Source of the DNA: Paecilomyces variotii
Taxonomy: Eukaryota
Reading direction: 5' to 3' (one strand)
NCBI GenBank assembly: GCA_004022145.1
Contig: RCNU01000002.1
DNA length: 64,000 nt
This document shows, piece by piece, positions 21,604-33,899 of the stretch. The position numbers and the translations under genes are program-made. The notes below the pieces were generated by a model. The model was not told the origin of the DNA. It made no database searches and saw only the letters and a program-made list of their open reading frames with translations. Position 1 is the first letter of the stretch, and each line of letters begins with the position of its first letter.

Positions 21604-23474
21604 TTATGGCGTAGCCCTACGCTTCCGCCTACTGGCACCCTTCCATTGCAACAGCATGATCGGCAACACGCTGACAACGGCCACGAGACCAGCAATCAGA
21701 CCGGCGGAACCTCTCAGTCCCAGATTCGTAAACATATCCGGGAACCAGAAGGGGCCGATAAAACCCCATATTTGGCGAATAAGTGTGATAAAGACCCCGA
21801 CAGATGCAGAGTGTTGTGGATGGCAGTCGATGGCGTCTGAAGAAACTCGAGTTAGCATGAATGGCTGTTCAACCAGTTCTGGGAATCGACAACATGAAAG
21901 CGTACATGTAATTAAAACAGTGGTGGTGACCTGGTTCCCAAATGCTGCAATTCCAATACCGATAAGAGGAGTCACGTCCCAATGCATCGGCACTGCCCGG
22001 TCGATCTGAACGCAGAATACAACCATCCCCACAATAACACAGATAAAGCCCAGGTATGAACTCCAGAGACGATACTCGGAATGCGGCCGTCGTCCTTGCA
22101 GCTGCTTCGTGCGGCGATTCATCCAGAAATCGGAGAATGGCCCGCCGAATTGTTCGCCGATCACTGTTCTGGAAAAGAAATCAGACTCAGCCCGCGGACG
22201 TATGTACATACATAAGATACAGACGGCCAAACTTACCCAATGATAATCCCCAGAAACTGCAGCCCGATCTGCTGCGGGTTGAACTGGAATTTCTCCTGGA
22301 AAAGCTGCGGGATCTCGACCGTCCCAAGGACGCATGCAAACGCAAACACAACCGCATGGCTGATGGTCGGTATGAGAACGTCGCTGTAGCGCGCAAAGAG
22401 CAGTGGCTGGTAGAAATCAGCCAGCGACAACGGGGTGGGATCGATTCGTCGGAACTGGAGGTATTCCGCCTTGAAGGTGCTGACACCCGGCGTGCTCTCT
22501 CGAACGTATCTGGTTTCAGGACTGAAGAATAAGTATCCGAAGAACTGGACAGCGTTAACAATGGCGAAGATCCAGTAGACCCATTTCCACCCGACGTGAT
22601 ACGTCACGAAACCCATGATAAATGGCCCAGTGGGAGGTCCTAGGGTGACCAGCAGCCTGCAATAACCCTCAGTCAGCAGACACATCCAACCAGCAAGCAT
22701 GAAGTAACAACATACGTCCAAATACCCATCTTCTGGCCACGCTCATGCTGGAAGAACATTTCCGTCACCACTGCTGAGCCAATACCGATTGGCGGGCTGA
22801 TAAAGATAGCCACCAGGATGCGACAAGCCATCATCGATCCATAGCTCTTACTCTCCGCGCATCCGATATTGCATATGGCCGCACATAAAGTTGAAATGAG
22901 CCATACCGGTCGCCGGCCAAAACGGTTAGATATGGGCTTCCAGACCAAGGGCGAGACTCCCAGAAACAAGATCTGAGATTGATTCCTGTTAGAATGTCCG
23001 TGTAACCGCCTCTCAGAGAACAGAAATCATACCTGCACAGACGTGTAATACGAGGCATCTTGCAGGGAGACATGAAACATCTCAGCGAACGATTGATAGG
23101 CCGGAATGACGCCGGAGGCGATGAAGGTTGTTATCAGCGCATGGAACGCGACCAGACTCAGGTTCATGTGTTTCTACAGCGCGCTGTCAGTGACGGTCCT
23201 CGAGCCAATATGAAGACAAGATAATGGCTTCTTCTACCTTCCAACTCGGCCAATTGAGAGGATCCGCCGCAGAGGCCGACGGGAATGGGCTGAGCTCCAA
23301 TGTCCCATGACGCTGCAGTATGTATTCTCTGTGCTCGAGCGATATGTTGAGGTCTCGTTTCTCCTCGAGATCAACCATTCCAGAAGTATATTTCGTGTCT
23401 GCTGCCCCGTCGTGGCTGGACCTAACTCCGCCGTCCAAGACGCCTGCTTGGCCCTCTGTACGAGCTGCAGCCAT
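21604..23474 (-). CDS. MFS transporter (12-TM, DHA1-like), 6 exons
   Basis: DPLNWPSWK/K, loop ISNRFGRRPVWL, VTEMFFQHERGQKMGIWT, LGPPTGPFIMG, GWKWVYWI, PETRY; introns join in frame. Confidence 0.88.
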
Positions 23475-24646
23475 CTTCCCTCTCTGCCTGGGACAAGCGA
23501 CACTGCGACAGTGACTTGACTCGCGTGGGGACCGTCAACTTTATAATAATGGATAGGGACGTTCCACCACAGAGAGTGGAGGCTAGATACGCACACACGG
23601 GCCCTATCACTACGGAAGTTTGCGGAGGAGGCCACTAACGGCGTGAAGCTAGGATATGGATTGGAATCATTGGATAGATATCGCGGCTGGCGGTAAATAA
23701 TCCACCGTGAAAAGGTACCTTAAACAGCATGGGAAACTATCAGATCTACACAATCCACGCTTCTCGACGAATGAGTCCCTCAGGAGGAAATGCTCTGTCA
23801 GTTACAATCGCAATCAATCACCCACAGCATAATATATGACAGGTAAAACTGAAATCTTTGCAGACATTGTGCTTGTGCATTTTGACTTGACGCGTGGACT
23901 TGTCGTCTGCTGGATCCACCGTGGCCGATTAGACCGATTCTTCATTGTTACAAGTTGCCACGGGACGATCTCATCAGGCCCACTGGAGATCATCCCATCT
24001 TGGGAACGTTGACAGGAAGGAGGATGCCAACGCAGGTAGGATAGTTATTGAACGCTGAGAGAAGAGATGTTCTCCAATGGTCTCATGAACTATTGTGTAT
24101 GGTTCTACAGATCCATTCCTATGCAGAATTGGCTAGATACAGCGGGTTTATCGTCTGTGATTCAATGATGCGCGCGAAAGACGGTGGGAAGCTAAAAAAA
24201 AATCTAAATCAAGGTGATAATCTTGGCATTTTCCCGCGATTTTTATGTAAGCAAGCACCAGAAACAGTTATCTTGCTGTTCTGTCCTGGCAGGATATGCA
24301 AAGGGTGAAATCTATCTCGAAGGGGACAGTCGATGGAGACACAGATACTACAGTGTCAACGATCTAACTATAAACCCCACGAGCAGAACTGGCTTCTCGA
24401 AGCTGCGCGTTGACCCACAGAGCTGGCGATCCGGTAGACATTCCGATCACGCAATAATCTGGGGATGTGCCGCTATATAGACTCCATCTCACTGCCAGAC
24501 TACGTATTATTTATTCATAGGCTGGGAGAATTCCTTCTCCAGATTAACAGGACAGTTTCCCAGATAGGAAGTACCCGACCTTACTCTGACATATCCGTTG
24601 AGTTATAAAATGGATCCAAAAACGCCTGCCACCCGTGCGAGATCTT

Positions 24647-26569
24647 CTATGCCTCGCCTGATGCTCGCTCAGGAACGCTATCGGACCTACCAGAGGCCTC
24701 TTCCAAGTGACTATCTGGTGCATTCCACCCGGTCCCCGCCTGCAAAACAGTCATGGCAAAGGCAAGTGCACTACCAGCCAAGAACAAGGTTCTCAGAGCC
24801 TCCTCGTAGCTGTGTATGGCAACTTGCTTCTCCAGACCATTTAGAGCTCGGACGAATGCTGGACCTCCAACCAATTGGCGGACCAGATCTGGCCGGTATA
24901 TCCCATTGTTCGCAAAGCCAGTCTCCAGACTTCTTTTCAACACACGAGTAAAGAGGCCCCCTCCAACAGCGGAGCCCACGCTTCCGGCTAAGCCACGGAA
25001 CAATGCAACAAGGGAAGTCACGATATAGTGTACATCTGGTGTCGTAAGATGCAGAACATGCGACAGCGTATAGTTAAGCAGCGCCCCAGTGCAGGCACCA
25101 TTGAAGAAAGTGGCAGCCACATACATGGCCGCGTTAGAAGTTGATGTGGAAAGTGGTGTGAGTGCAAGCAATGCGAGGGTAAATAGAAGGTATATTATCA
25201 AACACGAACTGTGATTTTGTCAACATTTTTCTCATCAGGGAACATCAGCGAACGTGGGCGTACATATAATAACTTCCTGCTTTCCGAATGTGGATCCATC
25301 CAACGAGCAGACCTCCAAGGCCAAATCCGGCATTGGTAGGCACCAGGATTAAGCCTGCTGAAGCCGGTGACCAGCCTCGTACGGCGATGGCGTAGACAGG
25401 TGTGTAGAATAAAACGGCCCAGCGGGCTACCATCACACCAGACCCTGCAAAACAGGTCAAGAGGACACTGCGTGTTTTGAGTACGGTCACCGGGATAATG
25501 GGCTCGGAGCTATACTTTGACTCCACGAACAGAAACGAGACAAAGAGTAGGGCTCCGAGGATGAGTGGCGTGATAGGGATATCGGTAGACGACAGACTAA
25601 ACAGTAGAAGGACTAGCGAGCCAGTCTGCAATGCGTTGTAAGTGACTTGCGACCTGGTTATAAGCAAGATGATACATACGAATGTCAAGATACCAAGATA
25701 GTCAACGCGAGCCAGGCTTTGTAGCAATGAGCTTTTCGAGGGATCTGTTGAATCGCGAGGTGGTATTGCCAGAAATAGAAGAAGCCCTGTCACAAGAGAA
25801 ACTGGCGCTTGGATCCAATAGATGCATCGCTAGGGGATTCCCAAAATCAGCATTTCTTCAGAATAACCCTTGCAGCTTCGCGACTCACCCATCCAAAATG
25901 TGGAGTAACAGCCCCTGCAAGAACCGCTCCAGAAGCAACGCCCGTGGTGAAACCAGCATTAACCATCCCAATAAACAGGCCCCTGCGTTTCTTGCTTGAC
26001 AATTCCAGTACCAAGATTATTGATGTGGCCATAATTCCTGCGCCGCCACCACCTGTAACAACGCGTCCCAGCAGAAAGACCCAGAGCGTCTTCGCTAGTG
26101 AAGTAATAAGGAGCCCAATTGCCATGACGATAGAGGACCCTAGAATATAGTTTCGAGGCGAGAAGATCTGAGACAATCGGCCGCCCAGAGGGGTGATGCT
26201 GGACATGGCAATCTAGAACTGTCAGAAAGAGCTCAACTAAGTAAATAATCGTACGGGCGTACCAGAAAGGATGATGTAAACCACGTCACTTCTGAGAAGG
26301 CATCCAAATCCGCTGCGATGTCTGATTGCGTCGTGGTGATCATCGAAATATTCGTCGCTACCCCTGTTAGATCCACCAGCACGACGAATCACACATTAAA
26401 CAAGAGCTTTACCTTGAATGAAAATAAGAATTCCCATCAGAATACTTATTGATAACGTCCGCACGACTGTCATACGCCCGTCTTGCTTGTTATCAATCTC
26501 TGCATCGGGAGTCGCCAGCAAAGGCGTGTTCTCCGTGGTCGAAGCATCCTCTCGTCCTCCTATTGTCAT
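24647..26569 (-). CDS. MFS transporter (14-TM, Vba/DHA2-like, probably vacuolar), 6 exons
   Basis: N-terminal acidic dileucine ENTPLL, TTTQSDIAADLDAFSEVTWFTSSFL, PLGGRLSQIF, LGRVVTGGGGAG, RVDYLG, EPIIP; introns join in frame. Confidence 0.85.
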
Positions 26570-28072
26570 CTTGAAATTAAAATTCCGACCAACTGGCCTT
26601 GAAATTGTGAGCAAAAAGAAGGTAGAAGCATTGGGATAACAGGGCGGAAATTGTGGAGTTGAACTGCCTGGGAGCATTTATAATCTCGCTATCACGGAGA
26701 TAACAATCGGGAATCTCCGCGCTCATCTCTGCGGTCACGTGGGTGAGTTCTACATCATGTATATCAAAAAATGATGTGTTTTCTGATAGAATCTAGAGAC
26801 TCTAGGAATTTCTATAATCTGATAGTCTACTATATCGGCAATTGAACGGTATCAGATGAAGAACTGCCTACATTAAGCCATTATGTACTCTAGAGGTAAC
26901 TATATATAATACATATAAACAGATTTTCCAAGTGGTTATAAAAGTTATATAAGCCATATGAGTTAGCTATTTAATGATCAAGATACCTGAAGGAAATAAA
27001 GTTCAATGATCCCTTTCAATCAGCTCTCCAAGTCCCGGTCTCATTACTTGTAGCACCGTGCGCGGACGCATGAAAGTCGTATCAAACTATATTGATAGAC
27101 TGAAGCAGCCTGAAGCTTGGATTATTTAGCGAGCTCAGGTGAACTATTTATCCCTGTGATAGGGCTTTGGCAAGGAAAGCATTGGGGGAAAACGTAGGTA
27201 GGAAGTCTCCCAGACTGTCCAAGGTACCTAGCTGGTAAAATCTAGGAACTAAACTTATATCAAATCCTACTTGGAGGACGAAAATAATCTGGTAGATCAT
27301 ACGTCGCTAAAAGAATCTGTTGTAAATAGCGGCAGTTGAGGGGTCTTGTATATGCGTGTAAAGTTCTAAGCGCCGAAACAAGTATCCAGTTGCTAGTGTC
27401 GAAGCACAAAGGCCCCAGCACATACCTCATTACCTGAGAATGAGATCTCAGATACACGGCTTGATCCGAATTCCTTAACAAGATATTCATGATCTAGAAC
27501 TATTTATTCAATTGATGCTTAAGCATACGCTATATCTGATATGTGTTCTGGCCGTCAAGTAGGCACTGCGGATAGGCTATTTTTGCTTGGCTAAAGTGAT
27601 TGGCATCTAATAAATTGACGGAGGATTTGGAATATGAGATAAAAACAGTCTTTAGGTTCTATGGTTCAAGCTGTAGCTATTGTAGACTTAAGGATGTTAT
27701 GCGTGATATCTTACAACGAAACCGTACAGTCGACTCGTACTGCTGCCGGGTTCATGAGACATTTTTAAGCCTACGGAAGAACCAAGATGTCTTTAAATAA
27801 GCGGTCTCTTTTCTGTCACTAGTGATTTCCACTGAAGGTATACTATGTGAGGACTCCACGGTAAACTGAACAAGGATCTTGAATAGTCTAAACCGATTGC
27901 TACCTGTTGGATAGCTTAGGTAAGTGATAACTATCGACGAGGGCGGAATTTGATCCATCCATCGGAAGAAAAATACAAGATGCACTAAAAATAGTAATAT
28001 GTACAATATCAGGAAGTTGGATTAGATAGACTCCTGTCTGACTGTTTCCTTGACATTCGACTCTTAGGGGAA

Positions 28073-29781
28073 TTAGAAGGCAGCGTTGGCCATCTTGGCT
28101 CCAGGGAACTTGCCAATGAGAGCCGGGACGAGTTCCTGACCGTCCATGGTGAGATCCTTGAAAGCCGGGCAGTTCAGGTTCAACAGAGGGGTCATGATAA
28201 CATTCTCGAGAGCCTTCAGTGGACCTGCGAGAGTCCTATAGAGCGTGGATAGAGAGTTGGGGCTAGCGAACTTGAGGACCTCCATGACCAGGCAGAGCAG
28301 ATTGTTGCCCTGGAGCAGAGTTGTCGCGTTGAGGACACCGCCAGTGATGTCTCCTAGGTTGACGCCGGTGAAGCTGTTAACCGTACCGGTGTTGCCTCCA
28401 ATGCTGTAATAGTGGATATCAGACCCAGGAAATAGAAGTTTTTTTTTTAGACGTGAATCAGAGCCAACTTACCTGGCGAGTTCCGGGTACTGGACGAGGA
28501 AATCCAAAAGATCGACATTCAGCTGCACCAGACCGTAGTCCAGCGGGGTCTTGTACCAGTTTTCGGGGATTCTCTCCCAGCCCTCCTTGTACGTGAAGTT
28601 ACCCTCCTCGCCGTAGATAGCGAAGAAGTCGCGGACGATCTCCTTGGCTGTTACGGATTAGCTCCTGACCCTGCTCACTTACCCGCCATCAAAGGATAAT
28701 GACAACTTACTCAGAACGCCTGTAGGGTTCTCCTCCGAGTGGTTTGCAAAAAGACGGAGAGGGAAAATGTATCCTGCATTTCGAGCGATGGTTCCAGTGA
28801 CAGGACCATAGTAGAAGTTGGGGTTCGTCTTGATAGATTCGTCAAAGCGGATTTTTGCTCGCTTGGCCATCAAATCCGTGCTGAACGTGCCGTCCTCCGA
28901 CATCTCGTACCACTCCATGAATTTATCCATGTTAAGTCTGTAGTTGTTGCCGGTCACGTAGGTATCGTCCCGAGTATTGGAAGAGTCCGCTTCGATGAAG
29001 TTATGAGAGCCGTTCAAGCCGCGGGGCTCGCCTGTCAGCTGGAGTTAGACCTCATAGAGGTTCGGTTCTAACAGAGATATTCCCATACCAAGCACACCAC
29101 CCAGGTTATCAAGCAGGTTGTTAACGAGGGGAGTTATTCCTCCAATAGAGAAACTCGGGTTGAGTGACACGACATCGCCCGTCCACACAGTACCCATGAT
29201 TCCGAGGACAGAGGCGAGATCTATCCCCATTCCGTATACTATTCCAAACGTCAACCATCCCTGTGCCTCCAAGGCAAAATAAGATTGTATAGGACTGACC
29301 CTTGTTGATCGCGGGAACGACATCAACAAACTTCCGAATCCGTCAGCAATGGATAATTCCTCTATAGCTTGTTCAAAAAGCTCTTACCGAAACGACTCCA
29401 TTGCGTGGGATATAGCCATGGTTCGCGAGAGCATTGAGACCAGGGCATGGTCCACGCTGGTCGCCAGCCTCAAAGTTGGGCGGCTGGAATGCGTGTTCGC
29501 CAGTCACTACTTGCTATCAGAGAAGCGGCCATGTAGGATTACAACTATAGAACGGACTTACAATCGACAGGTTCTCTGAGAGAATTAATCAAGAAACGTT
29601 TATCCAACTTCTCCTTCACCTGGGCCTGGATATCCGCATAGGGGCAACGTTTGGCAGCTGCAAGTCCACTGCTGGAACCTGACATCAGTTTCGCCATATT
29701 TTCTGCTGTTGGCATGGCACCGACAACGGAGGCACCGGCGCCCAAAAGCGTCAGTGACAAGAAGGAATCCCAAACCCTCAT
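28073..29781 (-). CDS. Secreted heme-thiolate peroxidase (unspecific peroxygenase/chloroperoxidase family, long type), 7 exons
   Basis: Signal peptide MRVWDSFLSLTLLGAGASVVGA; proximal Cys motif DQRGPCPGLNALANHGYIPRNG (~29399-29464); SHNFIEADSSNTRDD; SIKTNPNF; ERIPENWYK. All introns splice in frame. Confidence 0.92.
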
Positions 29782-32201
29782 GATTGATGATGTGATCCGT
29801 TTCCCGTCTAAGGCGAAGATTATCTATATGAGCGACAAAAAATATCCCGACTCTCTCCAAAAAAGAACGACTAGGTGAGTATGATGCTTTCAACGAATGG
29901 ACGCCTGCCGGCAATGCACAAGAGATTGCTCTTTCGAACGAGAGGGTATTCGAAGAGTTCTATTCTCTGTACAGATCAACACACATCGGACGATGAAGAT
30001 TGGTAATGGAGGGCATATTAGTCGCCCCCTGCGCATGGACCTCAGTCTACGATCCCTATTCCTGATCCTCTCTCAGCGGTAGACTTCGATCTCATTGTTG
30101 CCGACTCAAGAAGCCATGCGGACACAGCCACTACCGCAGGTCTATAGAGCAACCCGCTGATGGGACCGCTAACGTCTAGTCGAGACATGACTGTTCTCGA
30201 TAACTGTTGTTAGGTCTACGGAATGGCTTCCCCGGGTTTCTTCCCGCTCGAGTTGTCAATTTCATTCATAAGAGACGGGCGACCTTGTTACTGGTGTATG
30301 AGGGGGATCTCAATCGGATATTCCGCCCGTGTTAGAGGCATTGGATGGGCTCTTCTCTAGTACTCAATGTGTAGATCTGACCTTTTCTGGATGGCGCCGG
30401 CTTGTTTCCGCTCGATTGACGGCCGCGCCAATGGTAGAGAACACTAGATAGAAGAAATAGGTTAGAGCCGAGCTTCGGGGTCTTAGCCCTCAGCCAAATC
30501 CTGAAGTCTGGAAATGAGCGGGATATCTCCACCGCTGAAGAAGAGCGGAGGTTATTACTAGTTCCATACACGGCGTTTTGACGCTTTGCCAAGGGTTGAT
30601 CATCCCCACGATTCCATTTGAGCAATAAGTCAGAACGAGGAGAAAATTTGAATTTCAATAATTGTCAATTCAATCTTCTTTGAATATTACTGGATCGAAA
30701 TGGATAACTGATTTCGTCACTTCTTACCCGAAACCATAAAAATCATAGCAACTACTCCAATATCTGTTGAACCCTCATACGGACACTTCTATTTCCCGGC
30801 TATTTAATCCACCGGTATTTATGGTCAAGCGTCATATCTCAAGGAGATCGTGCCCTGATCGCCATTGCCACGTTGTTTAGCATGGTGCCGAGTCCGCGGC
30901 CGGTGCGCAAACAGTCCCTGTAGCCAACTATTACTCCGTAATCGACGTCTGTGCTTTTTTTCTGCAGAAGTCAACGGGGTCCGGATCGATTCCTACAGGG
31001 TGACTATTCCACACTTCTGGGATTCTCGCCGTTCCTTTCTCATTCAGATCCAGGAGGTCAATTGAATTGAATTTATTTATGCATAAATAGCTTCCAGGGA
31101 TTCTACCAGCTGGGAACCGGGGGTAGGTCTCTAGAACTGCCCGATACAGACATATAGAGTATGCTTATCGTACTCTGCTCAACATTTGGGTTATCTTGCC
31201 AACTTGCAGAGTTGTTTCAGAAACGGACATGGGGTGCAGAAAGGATCCGTATCCATTTTTCGATAGTCTAACGAGTTTCCCTTATTGCTAACTACAGGGG
31301 AACTTTCGGCCAAACGGATCGTAATAATATACGATAGCTGAACGGCCTTCCAACCAGAGCATCTTTCGAAAGCTTTGCCAAGCACGAGATGCTCCTGAAG
31401 GCGCATGTTTCGTATCTCAAGCCGAAAAGTTTCTGGAAGCTGTGGCTTTGACGGTGTGCTCAACCCCCCGGGATGTAGAGTACTGATATCTCCCGCGCGG
31501 CGGGAAGTATGAAGTCAACAATAATGCTGCTTGTTTACTGGACAGCTCTAGGCTATTCTTCATCTAATTGTTCAGGCAGGCCAGGGTCTTATTATTATCT
31601 TAATGTGATTCTGATTATGTGGATTAGCGCTACGAGCCAGCTGCAGCCGTCAGGAGGCGTTTGAGGCATCAAGATCCACAAGGGACGACGCTAGTTGGTC
31701 GACGAGATTCCGTTGAGAATCTGGGATCTGTCATGTAGATCCTAATCTTCTCCCAAGAGTCAAGAGCGATGCCAAAGACGTTTATGTGCGGAGCAGGTCG
31801 TTCGAGACTTGATCACTGACTAAAGTGCTTCTGCATCTGGGTGATGCTAGTAGATCCTGTCCCAATCCGGTAGGGCAAAGAGATACTCTAGAGTTGAACT
31901 GCACAAACGCTTGGTTCCGTCCGAAGGGCGTTGCCGCTTCTCAGGGATCTAGCAGTTCGTGACTGAGGAGAAGCTACTTCGAGCGAGTGTTTGACTACAT
32001 ATGCGATTAGTTAGCACATCATCTGTCCCTGACCAGGAAGTTGACCGTTGAGGACGCGTTAACCTGCAGGGCTGGATATGGACACTGATAGTTACCCCAT
32101 GATCAGCAGAGAATGATTGATAAGAACTCCAGCTCGCTATATTTGTGTCCGACAGTCTAGAGCCACCGTTGAAGTGTCCGTCCGGCGCATTCTCCACGAA
32201 A

Positions 32202-33899
32202 ATGAGGTTTCTCTGGACCGTGGCTGCGGCTGCAGCCCTCTTCACCACCGCAGTCCACGCGGACCTGAGCCAGCTCGCAGCCGTGCTACCAAAATGCGGC
32301 GTATGTTGTTCTGAGTTCTGATTTATGTGCCAAAAGAAGAAAACTGACCATGGCAGCTGGAATGTCTGATGACGGAAATTCCGAAGTCCTCATGCGCACC
32401 AACAGACAGCGTATGTGTATGCACCAATCCTCAGCTCAATGAGATGATTACTGCTTGTGTTATGCAAAGCTGCACAATCCGTGAAAGCTTGAGTATATCT
32501 ACCATTCTTCATTTAGCGCAGAGGAATACAGCTGACAAATTCCAGCGACCAAGAACGTCACCTCTACAGCTTGCGGTGCGCCGGTTCGGGACAAAAGCAA
32601 GGCCATCTCTATCGCTGGTGTCTTAGGCGGAGTGATTGCTCTTATAGCGGTAATCATGCGTTTGACTGCTCGCTTGCCTCAATACGGCGGCGGATTCGGG
32701 CTGGACGATGTCGCCATGATTGTGACAATGGTAAGAGCTCGTTGCTGATCAAGTGAAAGAAAGACATAAGCTGATTCCCTGGAAGCTTGTGGTGATACCA
32801 CTGTCAGCACTTTCGGTGCCTCGTAAGCAGTTCCCTATCAGATTTCGTCACTCTCTGGAGTTCCAGAAAAAAAAAAAAAAAAAGAAAAGAAAAAAGAAAA
32901 GAAAAGAAAAAGCTAATATGTGTGTTTTCTAGTCGCCAATGATGGACTTGGTAAGGACATGTGGACAGTTCCGTTCAACAATATAACGAACATTCTCCAC
33001 GTGAGCGACTTTTTTCTGATATATGTGTTTAAAGACGACATTAACCGATGACAGATTTATCTCTTCTCCGAGATCTTATATTTCAGCGCTCTCGCATTGA
33101 CGAAGATATCCATTCTCTTCTTCTATCTCCGCATTTTCCCGAAGCAGTCCTTCCGCAGGCTGTGTTACATTGCTATCGGCCTTAATTTTTCCTACATCCT
33201 TACATTCGTGTGCGTCGCTGTGTTCCAGTGTCGGCCGATTAGGGCTGCCTGGTTGCGCTGGGACGGTTCTTACCCGGATAACTGCAATAACATCAATGGG
33301 CAAGGCTGGGCAGCCGCAGTGATTAATATGGTCTTCGATGTCATGGTCATGAGCTTGCCCCTTCACGAGCTTAGCCAGCTCGTCCTCTCACGTAAGAAGA
33401 AGGTCTTCGTGATGTTTATGTTCTGTCTGGGGTTCTTGTAAGTTGCTGTTTCTGAAAAGACCCAAAGCAGCCTTATCGCTGACAGAAATGCCATAGCGTC
33501 ACCATCGTTAGTATCATTCGACTCCAGTCACTGGTTGAGTTCGCTACCACTTCGAACGTGACTTGTACGTGGCCTTCGCTCGTTCTTCTAAACACACAGG
33601 ATTCACTGACAATAATAGGGGATTACGTTGCGATCGGATACTGGAGTACGATCGAAGTACATGTTGGTGTGGTTTGTGCCTGCTTACCGGCTATCCGTTC
33701 GTTACTGTTGCATATTTTCCCCAGTGTTTTCAAATCGACCACAAATGCGGCCTCCAAAGCTTCCATGTCTCACTCAGGAGCAGTCGGATCTCGATTGGAT
33801 GGTAGGATCTCTCAAAGACCAAAGGAAGACGAGTCGGATTTTGTCCCCCTGGTGGATATGGACAACAGCAGCCAGGCTCATCTGGGCCACCATGTCTGA
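32202..33899 (+). CDS. CFEM-domain Pth11-like integral membrane receptor (fungal rhodopsin-like family), 8 exons
   Basis: Signal peptide, 8-Cys CFEM LPKCG/LECLM...SCAPTDSVCVCTN...ACVMQSCTIRESL; then GLDD, GLGKDMW, TKISILFFYLRIF, FQCRPI, SIIRLQSL, WSTIEVHVGVVCACLPAIR. Confidence 0.92.
32867..32910 (+). repeat. Poly-A / (GAAAA)n microsatellite in an intron of the CFEM gene
   Basis: A run of about 17 A followed by repeated GAAAA units. Confidence 0.8.

Noticed and set aside
26700-28010. Short ORFs (27260-27490, 27600-27800, 27752-28006) between the second MFS and the peroxidase
   Set aside because: No motifs, codon bias or consistent splice structure; treated as intergenic.
28648-28710. Second GTAAGT (28682-28677) inside a peroxidase intron, suggesting a nested intron or alternative donor
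   Set aside because: Using it leaves only a 35-nt intron and a frameshift; no internal branch point/acceptor; the plain 63-nt intron restores the frame.
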